This document shows, piece by piece, positions 47,985 through 56,394 of a stretch of DNA of 64,000 bases. The stretch is from Legionellales bacterium RIFCSPHIGHO2_12_FULL_37_14. Its GTDB lineage: Bacteria; Pseudomonadota; Gammaproteobacteria; Legionellales; Legionellaceae. The translations under genes and the position numbers were made by a program. A model generated the notes under the pieces. That model worked only from the letters and a program-made list of their open reading frames with translations, was not told the DNA's origin and did no database searches. The first letter of the stretch is position 1, and every line of letters begins with the position of its first letter. Location: the NCBI GenBank assembly GCA_001804735.1, contig MHBC01000013.1, forward strand, positions 30,147 to 94,146, given 5' to 3'.

Positions 47985-48854
47985 TTAGCGCATCAAAAGT
48001 TTTGCCATGATTTCAGCTTTTATATTCTCAGCAAGCGGCGCTGCCTCAAGCGCTGCTAGTGACAAAGCAATATATAGCCTTTGTAAGGAGGAATCTTTAA
48101 TAGCAGAAAAATGCTGCTCTAAGGTTTTTTTATCCCCTCTTATAATGGGTCCTGTTAAAGCTTCTTTGAGTGATTTACTTTCTTTTAAATTATTTAAGGT
48201 GCTCTCTATTAAATTTATAAGAGCTGCAAGATTTTCCTTTTCTTTTAACCCATTTGCTTGTAAGCAATTTTGGGCGTTTAACAGTAAAGTTATTAGATGA
48301 TTAGCAGCTAAAACTGCGGCTAGATGATGTTTGGTTTTAGTTTCAAGTTTAATAGGATAGATCTGTGCCCCACATTTTTTAAATAATTTACTAATTTTGG
48401 TAACCATTAATGAGTCCCCTTCGATAAAACAAGGACAGTTTTTAAGCAAAGGTTGGGTTTTTTTAGGATCATATTTAGCAAAAGATCTAAAAGGGTGAAT
48501 ACTGCCAACGCTATACCCTAAGTCTTTAAGTGGTTGTAAAACTTGGCTCGTTAATAAACCACTACAATGCACCATGATAGCATTTTTTTTATATTGACTA
48601 AGTTTAGTTAAGCTAGATGCGACATTAGCTATGCTATCGTCGTTAGTGGTAATAAAAGTTATGTCAGCATAAGGTAGAGTTGCGGGAAAAAGTAAGGCAC
48701 TAGCGCTATTAACTAACTTTTGTGCATAGGCTAAATGCTTTTTTTCTCTTGCGGTTATTGCTTTAATCTCTACATGGTCTTTAAGCGCAATAGCAAGGGT
48801 AAGGCCAAGTTTGCCTACGCCAATAATATTTACGGAAGGCTTAAGGACTTTCAT
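47985..48854 (-). CDS. Rossmann-fold protein with a DUF2520-like C-terminal domain
   Basis: N-terminal dinucleotide fold VNIIGVGKLGLTLAIAL. The C-terminal LTGPIIRGDKKTLEQH motif is typical of DUF2520 proteins. Confidence 0.65.
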   Translation of the reverse strand: MKVLKPSVNIIGVGKLGLTLAIALKDHVEIKAITAREKKHLAYAQKLVNSASALLFPATLPYADITFITTNDDSIANVASSLTKLSQYKKNAIMVHCSGLLTSQVLQPLKDLGYSVGSIHPFRSFAKYDPKKTQPLLKNCPCFIEGDSLMVTKISKLFKKCGAQIYPIKLETKTKHHLAAVLAANHLITLLLNAQNCLQANGLKEKENLAALINLIESTLNNLKESKSLKEALTGPIIRGDKKTLEQHFSAIKDSSLQRLYIALSLAALEAAPLAENIKAEIMAKLLMR

Positions 48855-49693
48855 TTTGGGTTAAGTATAGTTTTAAGATAGGGAAAAATATCGGAGGCGA
48901 TTAACCCTCTTTCTCCTTCTAAAGCCGCTTTATCTCCTGCAAGAGCATGGACTAAAACTCCAAGGCAGGCAGCTTTAAGCAAGGGGATTTTTTGGCCAAT
49001 TAAGGCAGCAATTATTCCTGTTAATACGTCTCCCATCCCTGCTGTTGCCATGCCTGGATTGCCATTTTGACAAATAAAAGTAGGGTTTTGCTGTTGACCA
49101 ATCAAGCTCCCGCTGCCTTTTAAAACCATAATCCCCGCATATTTTTCAGTAAGCTTGGCTAAGGCTTTAAGTCTATTGGCTTCAATGTCTTCTATTTTAC
49201 ATTGTAAAAGTCTTGCTGCTTCTCCTGGATGGGGAGTGTATAGATGGTGCTTTTCGCATGGATAATTGTTTTTAGCCATAAGATTAAGCACATCCGCATC
49301 AAACACAATAGGTTTATCTTTAACTTGTAAAGTTTCTTGGAGTAATTCTTTACTCCACTTGTCCTGGCCTAAGCCAGGCCCTATAGCGATAACAGTGGCG
49401 TTATAAAGATGTGATGTTAAAGCAGCAGCACTATCTACGCCATGCACGATTAATTCAGGCCTAGATGCTTGAAGATAGTGAGCATGTGAGCTATGCGTTG
49501 CTATAGTTACAATACCTGCGCCAGAGCGTAAAGCGGCTTCGCCTGCCAAGCGCACAGCGCCAGGAAATCCCGCATAACCGCCAATAATTAATATTTTACC
49601 AAAATCACCCTTATGCGCATTTTTAGATCTTGGGGCAAGTGAGGGCAGATAAGAATTAAATTTTAATGGAACTGGCGCTTTCAAATTATGCAT
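48851..49693 (-). CDS. nnrD: ADP-dependent NAD(P)H-hydrate dehydratase (YjeF C-terminal type)
   Basis: HKGDFGKILIIGGYAGFPGAVRLAGEAALRSGAGIVT and GNPGMATAGMGDVLTGIIAAL motifs. Start placed at the internal ATG 49693 (MHNLKAP...); the track start at 49759 lies deep inside the upstream MAPEG gene. Confidence 0.85.
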   Translation of the reverse strand: MHNLKAPVPLKFNSYLPSLAPRSKNAHKGDFGKILIIGGYAGFPGAVRLAGEAALRSGAGIVTIATHSSHAHYLQASRPELIVHGVDSAAALTSHLYNATVIAIGPGLGQDKWSKELLQETLQVKDKPIVFDADVLNLMAKNNYPCEKHHLYTPHPGEAARLLQCKIEDIEANRLKALAKLTEKYAGIMVLKGSGSLIGQQQNPTFICQNGNPGMATAGMGDVLTGIIAALIGQKIPLLKAACLGVLVHALAGDKAALEGERGLIASDIFPYLKTILNPK

Positions 49694-50070
49694 AACCACA
49701 ATATGCCAAGAGAAGAAAGGGTACCAATAAGCCAAACAAGAGTGCGAAAAGATCCCCAATTAATTAAATAAGTAAATTGATAAATAACCCGAGATAAAAG
49801 ATATAAAATCGCTAAATTCTGCGTAGTAGGGGAATATTGTTTTAAGGCAAGGGAAGTAACGATAGCAGCTGCAAAAACAGTTAACGCTTCAAATTCATTT
49901 TTATGCGCAGCGAGCGCGCGCGCGCCAAACCCAGTTAATTTGGCTTGTTGATCGCGCGGATGGTTATTATCGTAACCGCCTTGCATATTTTTCATTGCAA
50001 AAGCCACAGGCAATTTGGAAAGAAATGGTAAAAGACAAGCTATAAAAAGGCATATTATTAAAGTGTGCAT
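49681..50070 (-). CDS. MAPEG-family membrane protein
   Basis: 129 aa with 3-4 TM helices and an NNHPRDQQAKL...RALAAHKNEFEAL pattern typical of bacterial MAPEG proteins. Confidence 0.72.
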   Translation of the reverse strand: MHTLIICLFIACLLPFLSKLPVAFAMKNMQGGYDNNHPRDQQAKLTGFGARALAAHKNEFEALTVFAAAIVTSLALKQYSPTTQNLAILYLLSRVIYQFTYLINWGSFRTLVWLIGTLSSLGILWLCII

Positions 50071-50106
50071 GGGTTTAATCCTTAGGGTAGAATTTTCAGT
50101 ATAGCA

Positions 50107-50307
50107 TTAACTGTGTGGGCTAAGCCAGCCAAAATAAAAACCGCTGAGCAAAAATATAAATAGCAAAATGCTAAGGCCAATCCGCAAAGTAAGGGCTTTT
50201 ATTAGGCGGGTTTGGCTGTCTTTATCGCTTACTAAAAAGAAAAGCCCACTTCCAAGTGCGACTAAAATAACCAACATGACGAGAAGAACAACTATTTTAC
50301 TAAACAT
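50107..50307 (-). CDS. twin-transmembrane-helix small protein (DUF2909-like)
   Basis: 66 aa with two TM helices, divergent from surf1. This family typically accompanies cytochrome oxidase assembly genes. Confidence 0.65.
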   Translation of the reverse strand: MFSKIVVLLVMLVILVALGSGLFFLVSDKDSQTRLIKALTLRIGLSILLFIFLLSGFYFGWLSPHS

Positions 50308-50349
50308 TATGGGTATATACTCACAAAGCTCAATTTAGCGAATTATATT

Positions 50350-51063
50350 ATGTTTACAATTAATTTTTCATTAAAATATTTCCTGATATTTTTTCTCGGC
50401 ATAAGCTTTTTTGTCAGTTTGGGCTTTTGGCAGATAAAGCGCGGACATGAGAAAAAAGATTTAATTTTGCGTTATCAAGAAGAACAAACAAAACCACTTA
50501 AGTTATGGAATGTAAATTTACCTAAACCTTTGCAATATCAACGCCTTAAAGTAAAGGGACATTATGCTAAATCGGTTATTTTTTTAGATAACCAATATTA
50601 TCAGCATAAATGGGGTTATCATGTTTTATCCCCATTTTTCTTAGCTAGAAATACTGTAGTAATGGTTGATAGAGGGTGGGTAAATGGAGGATCTTCACGT
50701 TCTTATGTTCCTTATGTAAATACACCTACGCAAGAGATTACCCTTGTAGGCAATGCTTATACACCTTTAAGGAGTAATGTATTTTTGCGAAATACTCTAG
50801 AAAAAAAACAAGCGTTTGTTTGGGTAATAGCGCAATTTGACACCAAAATGCTACAAAATATCTTGCATCAAAACGTTCTCCCCTTCATCATTCGCTTAAA
50901 TAGAGAAGAGCCATATGGATATGTCCGTGATTGGCAGATAGTTACAATGCAAAAAGAGCGGCATTATGCCTACGCTTTTCAATGGTTTAGTTTAGCTTTG
51001 TTGCTATTGGTATTAGGGGTTATTTGTTTTTTTAAAGGGCAAAGCCATGCAGTTAACAAATAA
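50350..51063 (+). CDS. SURF1-family cytochrome oxidase assembly protein
   Basis: 237 aa. N-terminal TM followed by LGFWQIKRGHEKK, and a C-terminal TM with YAFQWF. Precedes ctaA/ctaB. Confidence 0.85.
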   Translation: MFTINFSLKYFLIFFLGISFFVSLGFWQIKRGHEKKDLILRYQEEQTKPLKLWNVNLPKPLQYQRLKVKGHYAKSVIFLDNQYYQHKWGYHVLSPFFLARNTVVMVDRGWVNGGSSRSYVPYVNTPTQEITLVGNAYTPLRSNVFLRNTLEKKQAFVWVIAQFDTKMLQNILHQNVLPFIIRLNREEPYGYVRDWQIVTMQKERHYAYAFQWFSLALLLLVLGVICFFKGQSHAVNK

Positions 51064-51532
51064 AAAAATTTTAGGCATTTTATTAATTATCTTTTTGCTG
51101 CCGCTTATTTGTAGTGTCTGGCTTTATTCGCATAAGAGTTATGTTGCAAACTATAAAACTAACCGTGGCGAGTTATTAAAAGAGAGTATTTTTATCCCTG
51201 AATTACAATCTTCTAGACCTTGGCAGCTAGTTTATATAGTAAATCAAGCCTGCACGGATTTATGTATGCACGACTTAACCAACCTTGCCAAAATGCGCTT
51301 ATCTTTGGGGAGAAAGCTTTATAATGTACAATTAACCCTAGCGCAAGCCCCAGTTTTTAATAAGCAAAAGTTACAAGATATGGACGTTAAGTTTGTAAAT
51401 ATTAGGCATATACCAAATTCGCTAAGTGTTCCAAAAGTGTGGTTGCTCGATGCAAAAGGCAGAGTTGTCCTGGTTTATCAAGATACGAGCAAGCTTAATG
51501 ATATATACTCTGATTTAAAGCACCTTATATAA
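51047..51532 (+). CDS. membrane-anchored hypothetical protein with a Sco-like CxxxC motif
   Basis: 161 aa with an N-terminal TM. WQLVYIVNQACTDLCMHDL resembles the F-x-x-T-x-CPxxCP region of Sco/SenC proteins. Located between surf1 and ctaA. Confidence 0.5.
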   Translation: MQLTNKKILGILLIIFLLPLICSVWLYSHKSYVANYKTNRGELLKESIFIPELQSSRPWQLVYIVNQACTDLCMHDLTNLAKMRLSLGRKLYNVQLTLAQAPVFNKQKLQDMDVKFVNIRHIPNSLSVPKVWLLDAKGRVVLVYQDTSKLNDIYSDLKHLI

Positions 51533-52674
51533 TGAAAACTGCATCTCCTAAACCTACGTCCCGCGGCACATCCTTAGGATCTATGAATCTTTCTACATCG
51601 TTTTATCCCGCGGACAATCCCGCGATCAAGTCGTGGGAGCGGGACGTAGGCGCTCGCAAGCCGCGGGCCCTAGAATTTTTATGTAAGTATTTAAATTTTA
51701 CTATCATAGTTGCTTTGACTGTCATTACTTTAGGCGCATACACGCGCCTAACTAATGCCGGCCTAGGGTGTCCTGATTGGCCTTTTTGTTATGGCCAAGT
51801 AATTGTCCCACAAGCCTCTTATGCTATGGCTAAAGCAGCGGCTTTTAAGAGCGCCCAAGTATTTGAAGCTGCCAAGGCTTTAACTGAAATGGTTCATCGC
51901 TATATGGCAGGGGTTTTGGTGCTCTTGGTGGTATTTAGTACTTTTTTTGTTAAAAAAATACGCAAGCAAGGGGTTGATCTTAACTTGTTCTTTCCCTTTT
52001 TTTTAATCTCTATTATTATTTTTCAAGCATTATTTGGCATGTGGACAGTAACTTGGAAGCTATTACCGCTCGTAGTTTGCGCGCATTTATTATTGGGCGC
52101 TATTTTGTTTTGCTCTTTAGTATTATTTAGATTTTCCTTACGTAAAAATATAATACCCCCTTTACCAAAAGCATGGCGGCTAGCCATTTTTATTGGCGCT
52201 TTATTAGTATTTTTGCAAATGCTATTAGGAGGCTTTGTAAGTGCAAATTATGCAGGCATAGCATGCACGAAATTTCCCACTTGTAATGGATCTTTTTGGC
52301 CTATTAGTATGGAAACTTTAAAAGCCTTAAAGCAACTTTTTGTTTACCCAATAGGGGTTAATTATCAAGGCGGAGTGTTTCCCCAAGAGTTGCGGGTTGC
52401 AATTCAAGTGGTGCATCGCTTGGGAGCTTTATGTGTGGCTTTTTATAGCATTGGGTTTGCAAGTATTTTGGGGTTTAAAAGCTTAGTTAAAGATATTTTT
52501 TGGCAGAGAATGCTAGGAACAATGCTTTTTTTGTTAGGCGTGCAAGTTATTTTAGGGATAATTAATGTTGTATATTTTTTACCTTTATTCTCTGCAGTAT
52601 TACACAATATAGTAGCAGTGTTATTATTCACAACCTGGATGCTTATGCTGTCAATAAAGGAGCCTACTAAGTGA
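51532..52674 (+). CDS. ctaA: heme A synthase (COX15/CtaA)
   Basis: Multi-TM protein with GAYTRLTNAGLGCPDWPFCYG and conserved His positions (MVHRYMAG, VVHRLGA). TAATG coupling with the upstream ORF. An alternative start is ATG 51583. The N-terminal ~45 aa are atypical (see repeat 51553-51650). Confidence 0.85.
   Translation: MKTASPKPTSRGTSLGSMNLSTSFYPADNPAIKSWERDVGARKPRALEFLCKYLNFTIIVALTVITLGAYTRLTNAGLGCPDWPFCYGQVIVPQASYAMAKAAAFKSAQVFEAAKALTEMVHRYMAGVLVLLVVFSTFFVKKIRKQGVDLNLFFPFFLISIIIFQALFGMWTVTWKLLPLVVCAHLLLGAILFCSLVLFRFSLRKNIIPPLPKAWRLAIFIGALLVFLQMLLGGFVSANYAGIACTKFPTCNGSFWPISMETLKALKQLFVYPIGVNYQGGVFPQELRVAIQVVHRLGALCVAFYSIGFASILGFKSLVKDIFWQRMLGTMLFLLGVQVILGIINVVYFLPLFSAVLHNIVAVLLFTTWMLMLSIKEPTK
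51553..51650. repeat. GC-rich palindromic segment inside the 5' end of ctaA
   Basis: CCTACGTCCCGC (51553-51564) is the reverse complement of GCGGGACGTAGG (51639-51650). There are several CCGCGG-type cores between and after them (51561-66, 51607-13, 51619-24, 51661-67). The segment is visibly GC-rich against its surroundings. Confidence 0.5.
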
Positions 52675-53558
52675 ATAATACCTCCTTAAAACAAAAAGCT
52701 AGCGATTACCTTGAAGTATGTAAGCCGCGCGTAGTTGCCATGATGTTAGTCACGGTTTGGGTTGGGATGGTACTTGCGGCAAACTCCTGGCCGCAGCTTA
52801 TGCTTACTTTCGCAACCTTAACTGGTGTTGGAGCTTGTGCTGCAAGCGCTGCTGCTGTAAATCATTACCTAGATAGACAAATTGATTTAAAAATGCGTAG
52901 GACACAAGCAAGGCCAGTTGCTAGTGGGCGTTTAGCGAAAAAGGAAGTATTATCTTTTGCAACTTGTTTAGCGCTAATTGGTCTTGGTGTTTTATATCTT
53001 TTGGTAAATGTCTTAACTATGGCATTAACATTTATTACCTTAATAGCTTATGCCTTAGTGTATACAGCCTACTTAAAAAGGGCTACGCCCCAAAATATTG
53101 TAATAGGCGGGTTAGCTGGAGCAGCTCCCCCTTTATTGGGATGGGCGGCTGTTAGTAATAGCATAAATCCTAGCGCCTTACTCCTCGTGTTAATTATCTT
53201 CACTTGGACTCCACCGCATTTTTGGGCGCTTTCCTTATACCGGCAAGAAGAATATAAGCTAGTTAAGATCCCCATGTTGCCTGTTATCTATGGAGTTTTT
53301 TTTACTAAAAAAATGATCTTTTTATATAGTATTTTATTGCTGCTGGTGAGCGAATTACCTTTTATTGTCAACATGAGTGGAATTTTTTATGGTTTAATTG
53401 CGCTGGTATTGGGCTTAAAGTTTATGTATGATGCATATTATTTGCTGCGTACTAATAATATTGCTTTAGCTTATAAATTATTTCGGTTTTCAATAACCTA
53501 CTTATTAATTTTATTTTCTGCTCTTTTAGTAGATCATATTTGGAGAGTTTATGCGTAG
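52671..53558 (+). CDS. cyoE: protoheme IX farnesyltransferase (heme O synthase)
   Basis: 295 aa, UbiA-family, with NHYLDRQIDLKMRRTQARP and PPHFWAL motifs. GTGA overlap with the ctaA stop. Confidence 0.92.
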   Translation: MNNTSLKQKASDYLEVCKPRVVAMMLVTVWVGMVLAANSWPQLMLTFATLTGVGACAASAAAVNHYLDRQIDLKMRRTQARPVASGRLAKKEVLSFATCLALIGLGVLYLLVNVLTMALTFITLIAYALVYTAYLKRATPQNIVIGGLAGAAPPLLGWAAVSNSINPSALLLVLIIFTWTPPHFWALSLYRQEEYKLVKIPMLPVIYGVFFTKKMIFLYSILLLLVSELPFIVNMSGIFYGLIALVLGLKFMYDAYYLLRTNNIALAYKLFRFSITYLLILFSALLVDHIWRVYA

Positions 53559-54201
53559 TAAAAGTGAAGTAATGACCAAAACAAATTTGACAGTTGCAGC
53601 ATTAGTGTTAGGAGTAAGCTTTATGTTTGGCTTATTTTTGTTTCAACACTGGCACAGTAATGATACCCAAGAGGTATCTTTTGCAACCGTACTAGAGCCT
53701 GCAAGAGAAGTAAGTGCTTTTAATTTGCAAGGAGTTGATGGACGTCCTTTTACCCAAAAAGATTTACAAGGCAAGTGGACTTGGTTATTTTTTGGTTTTA
53801 CGTCTTGTCCCGAGCTATGCCCTACTACAATGGCTAAATTAGCTAAATCATATCAATTACTTAAGCAAGGCAAAAAAGTAGATTTGCCCCAAGTCGTAAT
53901 GGTTAGCCTAGATCCTAAGCATGATAGCTTAGCGCGGCTAAAATATTACGTAGAAGCTTTTCATCCTAATTTTTATGGTGCAACCTCAACTGCCAGTGTG
54001 GTAAAATCATTGGCAAGTGAGATGGGTATTGCATACGCTAAAATTAAATTACCACAAGGACAATCCACCAATGCATATACCATCGAACATAGTGGCGCTA
54101 TTATGGTGGTGAACCCTAAAGGTGAGCTCCAAGCTTTTTTTAATCCCCCATTTTCAGCAGAAAATTTAGCTCATGATTATCGAGTTTTAGCTCGGAAGTA
54201 A
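53551..54201 (+). CDS. SCO1/SenC copper chaperone
   Basis: 216 aa with an N-terminal TM, WTWLFFGFTSCPELCPTT (CxxxC), and the conserved His in IEHSGAI. Confidence 0.88.
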   Translation: MRSKSEVMTKTNLTVAALVLGVSFMFGLFLFQHWHSNDTQEVSFATVLEPAREVSAFNLQGVDGRPFTQKDLQGKWTWLFFGFTSCPELCPTTMAKLAKSYQLLKQGKKVDLPQVVMVSLDPKHDSLARLKYYVEAFHPNFYGATSTASVVKSLASEMGIAYAKIKLPQGQSTNAYTIEHSGAIMVVNPKGELQAFFNPPFSAENLAHDYRVLARK

Positions 54202-54207
54202 TAAACT

Positions 54208-55116
54208 ATGAAAATTGCAATTTTAGCTACTAAAGCTGACGTATATTCGCACGTGCGTCTAAAAGAAGAGGGCGAGCTAGCTGGGCATAAAGTTACTATT
54301 ATTAACCCTTTAAAATGCTATATGAATGTTGCAGCTTCTCAGCCAAGTATTCATCACAGAGGCAAAGAAGAATTTGACAAATATGATGCCGTAATCCCCA
54401 GGATTGGGGTGCAATTTACGTTTTATGGTACTGCGGTATTAAGACACCTTGAAACAATGGGCATGTATTCACTTAATTCATCTATTGCAATATTACGTGC
54501 AAGAGATAAATTTAGATCGCTGCAAATCTTAGCGCGTAAAGGGTTGCCAATACCTTCAACAGGCTTTGCCCAATCTCCTGACGATACCGAAGACTTAATT
54601 CAAATGGTTGGCGGAGCGCCGGTTGTTATTAAGCTTTTAGAAGGCACGCAAGGCAAGGGCGTAATTTTGGCTGAGAGTCATTTATCAGCCGTTAGCACTA
54701 TCAATGCCTTTAAAGAAATGTCAGCCAATATTTTGGTACAAGAATTTATTCGTGAAGCAGAAGGAACAGATATTAGGTGTTTTGTAGTTGGTGATAAGGT
54801 AGTTGCCGCTATCAAGCGTCAAGCAAAAGAAGGTGATTTTAGAGCCAATGTCCATCAAGGTGGAAAAGCGACAAAAGTTAAGATTACCAAGGAAGAAAGG
54901 ACTGTTGCGGTTGCGGCATCCAAAGTTCTTGGACTAAGGGTTGCTGGAGTTGACATAATTCGTTCTAACAGAGGCCCTCTTATTCTCGAAGTCAACGCAT
55001 CTCCAGGCTTAGAAGGCGTCGAGACAGCATCGCAAATTAATGTTGCAAGCAAAGTAATTCAATACATTGAAAAAAATGCGCGACCAACAGGAAATAAGCG
55101 GCATTTTCACGGGTAA
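54208..55116 (+). CDS. rimK: ribosomal protein S6--L-glutamate ligase
   Basis: 302 aa. MKIAILA...[23 protein letters not shown], and [24 protein letters not shown]. Confidence 0.9.
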   Translation: MKIAILATKADVYSHVRLKEEGELAGHKVTIINPLKCYMNVAASQPSIHHRGKEEFDKYDAVIPRIGVQFTFYGTAVLRHLETMGMYSLNSSIAILRARDKFRSLQILARKGLPIPSTGFAQSPDDTEDLIQMVGGAPVVIKLLEGTQGKGVILAESHLSAVSTINAFKEMSANILVQEFIREAEGTDIRCFVVGDKVVAAIKRQAKEGDFRANVHQGGKATKVKITKEERTVAVAASKVLGLRVAGVDIIRSNRGPLILEVNASPGLEGVETASQINVASKVIQYIEKNARPTGNKRHFHG

Positions 55117-55121
55117 CTTAT

Positions 55122-55176
55122 TAGACTTCTTCGGAAACTCTACTGACTCGAGGCAGCGAGTTTCCGAAGAAGTCTA
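55122..55176. terminator. perfect 19-bp hairpin between rimK and grxD
   Basis: TAGACTTCTTCGGAAACTC (55122-55140) pairs perfectly with GAGTTTCCGAAGAAGTCTA (55158-55176) across a 17-nt loop. It starts 6 nt after the rimK stop. There is no U-tract. Confidence 0.5.
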
Positions 55177-55239
55177 TTGTACCCAGATATATTTTTGGGC
55201 ATAATGCGACGCTTAGTTGCAATATCTTGGAGAAGTAAA

Positions 55240-55569
55240 GTGGACACCGAAGCGGTTTTAACGAAAATCAAGCAGCAAATTGAGCAAAACAAGGTAATTT
55301 TATATATGAAAGGCAGCAAAGATATGCCGCAGTGTGGTTTTTCTCTGCGCGCAGTGCAATGTCTTAATGAGTGTGCTGTGCCTTTTGCTACCGTTGATGT
55401 ACTTACTAACCCAGATATCCGTGCAACTTTGCCGCAATATGCAAATTGGCCTACTTTTCCTCAGCTTTATGTTAATGGAGAGTTAATAGGAGGCTGTGAT
55501 ATTATCGTTGAGATGTACCAACAAGGTGAATTGCAAACTTTGTTGAATGAGATAAACGTTTCATCATAA
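55240..55569 (+). CDS. grxD: monothiol glutaredoxin (Grx4 type)
   Basis: VILYMKGSKDMPQCGFS active site and WPTFPQLYVNGELIGGCDI. In-frame GTG at 55240 chosen (GGAGAAG 4 nt upstream), giving the usual ~109 aa. The track ORF starts at 55177, inside the hairpin. Confidence 0.86.
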   Translation: MDTEAVLTKIKQQIEQNKVILYMKGSKDMPQCGFSLRAVQCLNECAVPFATVDVLTNPDIRATLPQYANWPTFPQLYVNGELIGGCDIIVEMYQQGELQTLLNEINVSS

Positions 55570-55581
55570 CTGGAGAACCTC

Positions 55582-56187
55582 ATGAGTGTTTTAGTCGGAA
55601 GAAAAGCCCCAGATTTTACTGTAGCTGCAGTTTTACCAAATGGCGAAATTAAAAGTAATTATAATCTTTATGAAGAAATAAAAGGACATTATGCCCTAAT
55701 ATTTTTCTACCCCTTGGATTTTACTTTTGTATGCCCATCAGAGTTAATTGCTTTAGATCATCGTATTGAGGAATTTAAAAAACGGCAGGTTGAAGTTGTG
55801 AGCGTCTCAGTAGATTCACAATTTTCCCATAGCGCGTATCGCCAAGTTCCAATTAAAAACGGCGGTATTGGCCCGGTTCAATTTACCATGGCCTCTGATG
55901 TAACTCATCATATTGCGCAAGCATATGGGGTTGAGCATCCTGTTGCTGGCGTTGCCTTTCGTGCAGCCTTTATAGTTGGGAAAGACGCGGTCGTGCGCGC
56001 ACAAATCGTAAATGACCTACCTATTGGCCGCGATATAGATGAAATTCTCCGCATAATTGACGCCGCGCAGTTTTCTGACGAGCATGGGGAAGTTTGCCCA
56101 GCTGGATGGAGAAAAGGTAAAAAAGGTATGAAAGCATCGCAAGCTGGAGTTGCTTCTTACTTGGCTGAGCATGAAGGAGAGTTGTAA
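55582..56187 (+). CDS. typical 2-Cys peroxiredoxin (AhpC/Tsa family)
   Basis: 201 aa. Peroxidatic FYPLDFTFVCPSE and resolving GEVCPAGW motifs. Confidence 0.92.
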   Translation: MSVLVGRKAPDFTVAAVLPNGEIKSNYNLYEEIKGHYALIFFYPLDFTFVCPSELIALDHRIEEFKKRQVEVVSVSVDSQFSHSAYRQVPIKNGGIGPVQFTMASDVTHHIAQAYGVEHPVAGVAFRAAFIVGKDAVVRAQIVNDLPIGRDIDEILRIIDAAQFSDEHGEVCPAGWRKGKKGMKASQAGVASYLAEHEGEL

Positions 56188-56394
56188 GTTGGGACACTTA
56201 TTAACCCAAAAACACAAACCGCCTTCACTAAGAGCAGAAGCGTAAATATGACCCCAACTGGCTCAAATATTGACTAGTAAGGATGTTAGCTATAAGATAC
56301 CCATTTTTTTAAACCTAGAAAAAAAGCTCAACGCATTAAGTTTACGTAGTAGCTTTGAACTGCTTTTTCTAGGTTAAACCAAAATGGTGGAAAA

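Noticed and set aside
56308-56380. Imperfect inverted repeat (AACCTAGAAAAA...TTTTTCTAGGTT) upstream of the kinase-like gene
   Set aside because: The stem is AT-rich and interrupted by bulges, with a ~35-nt loop. It could be an operator or a weak terminator of the peroxiredoxin gene, but the evidence is too thin to call.
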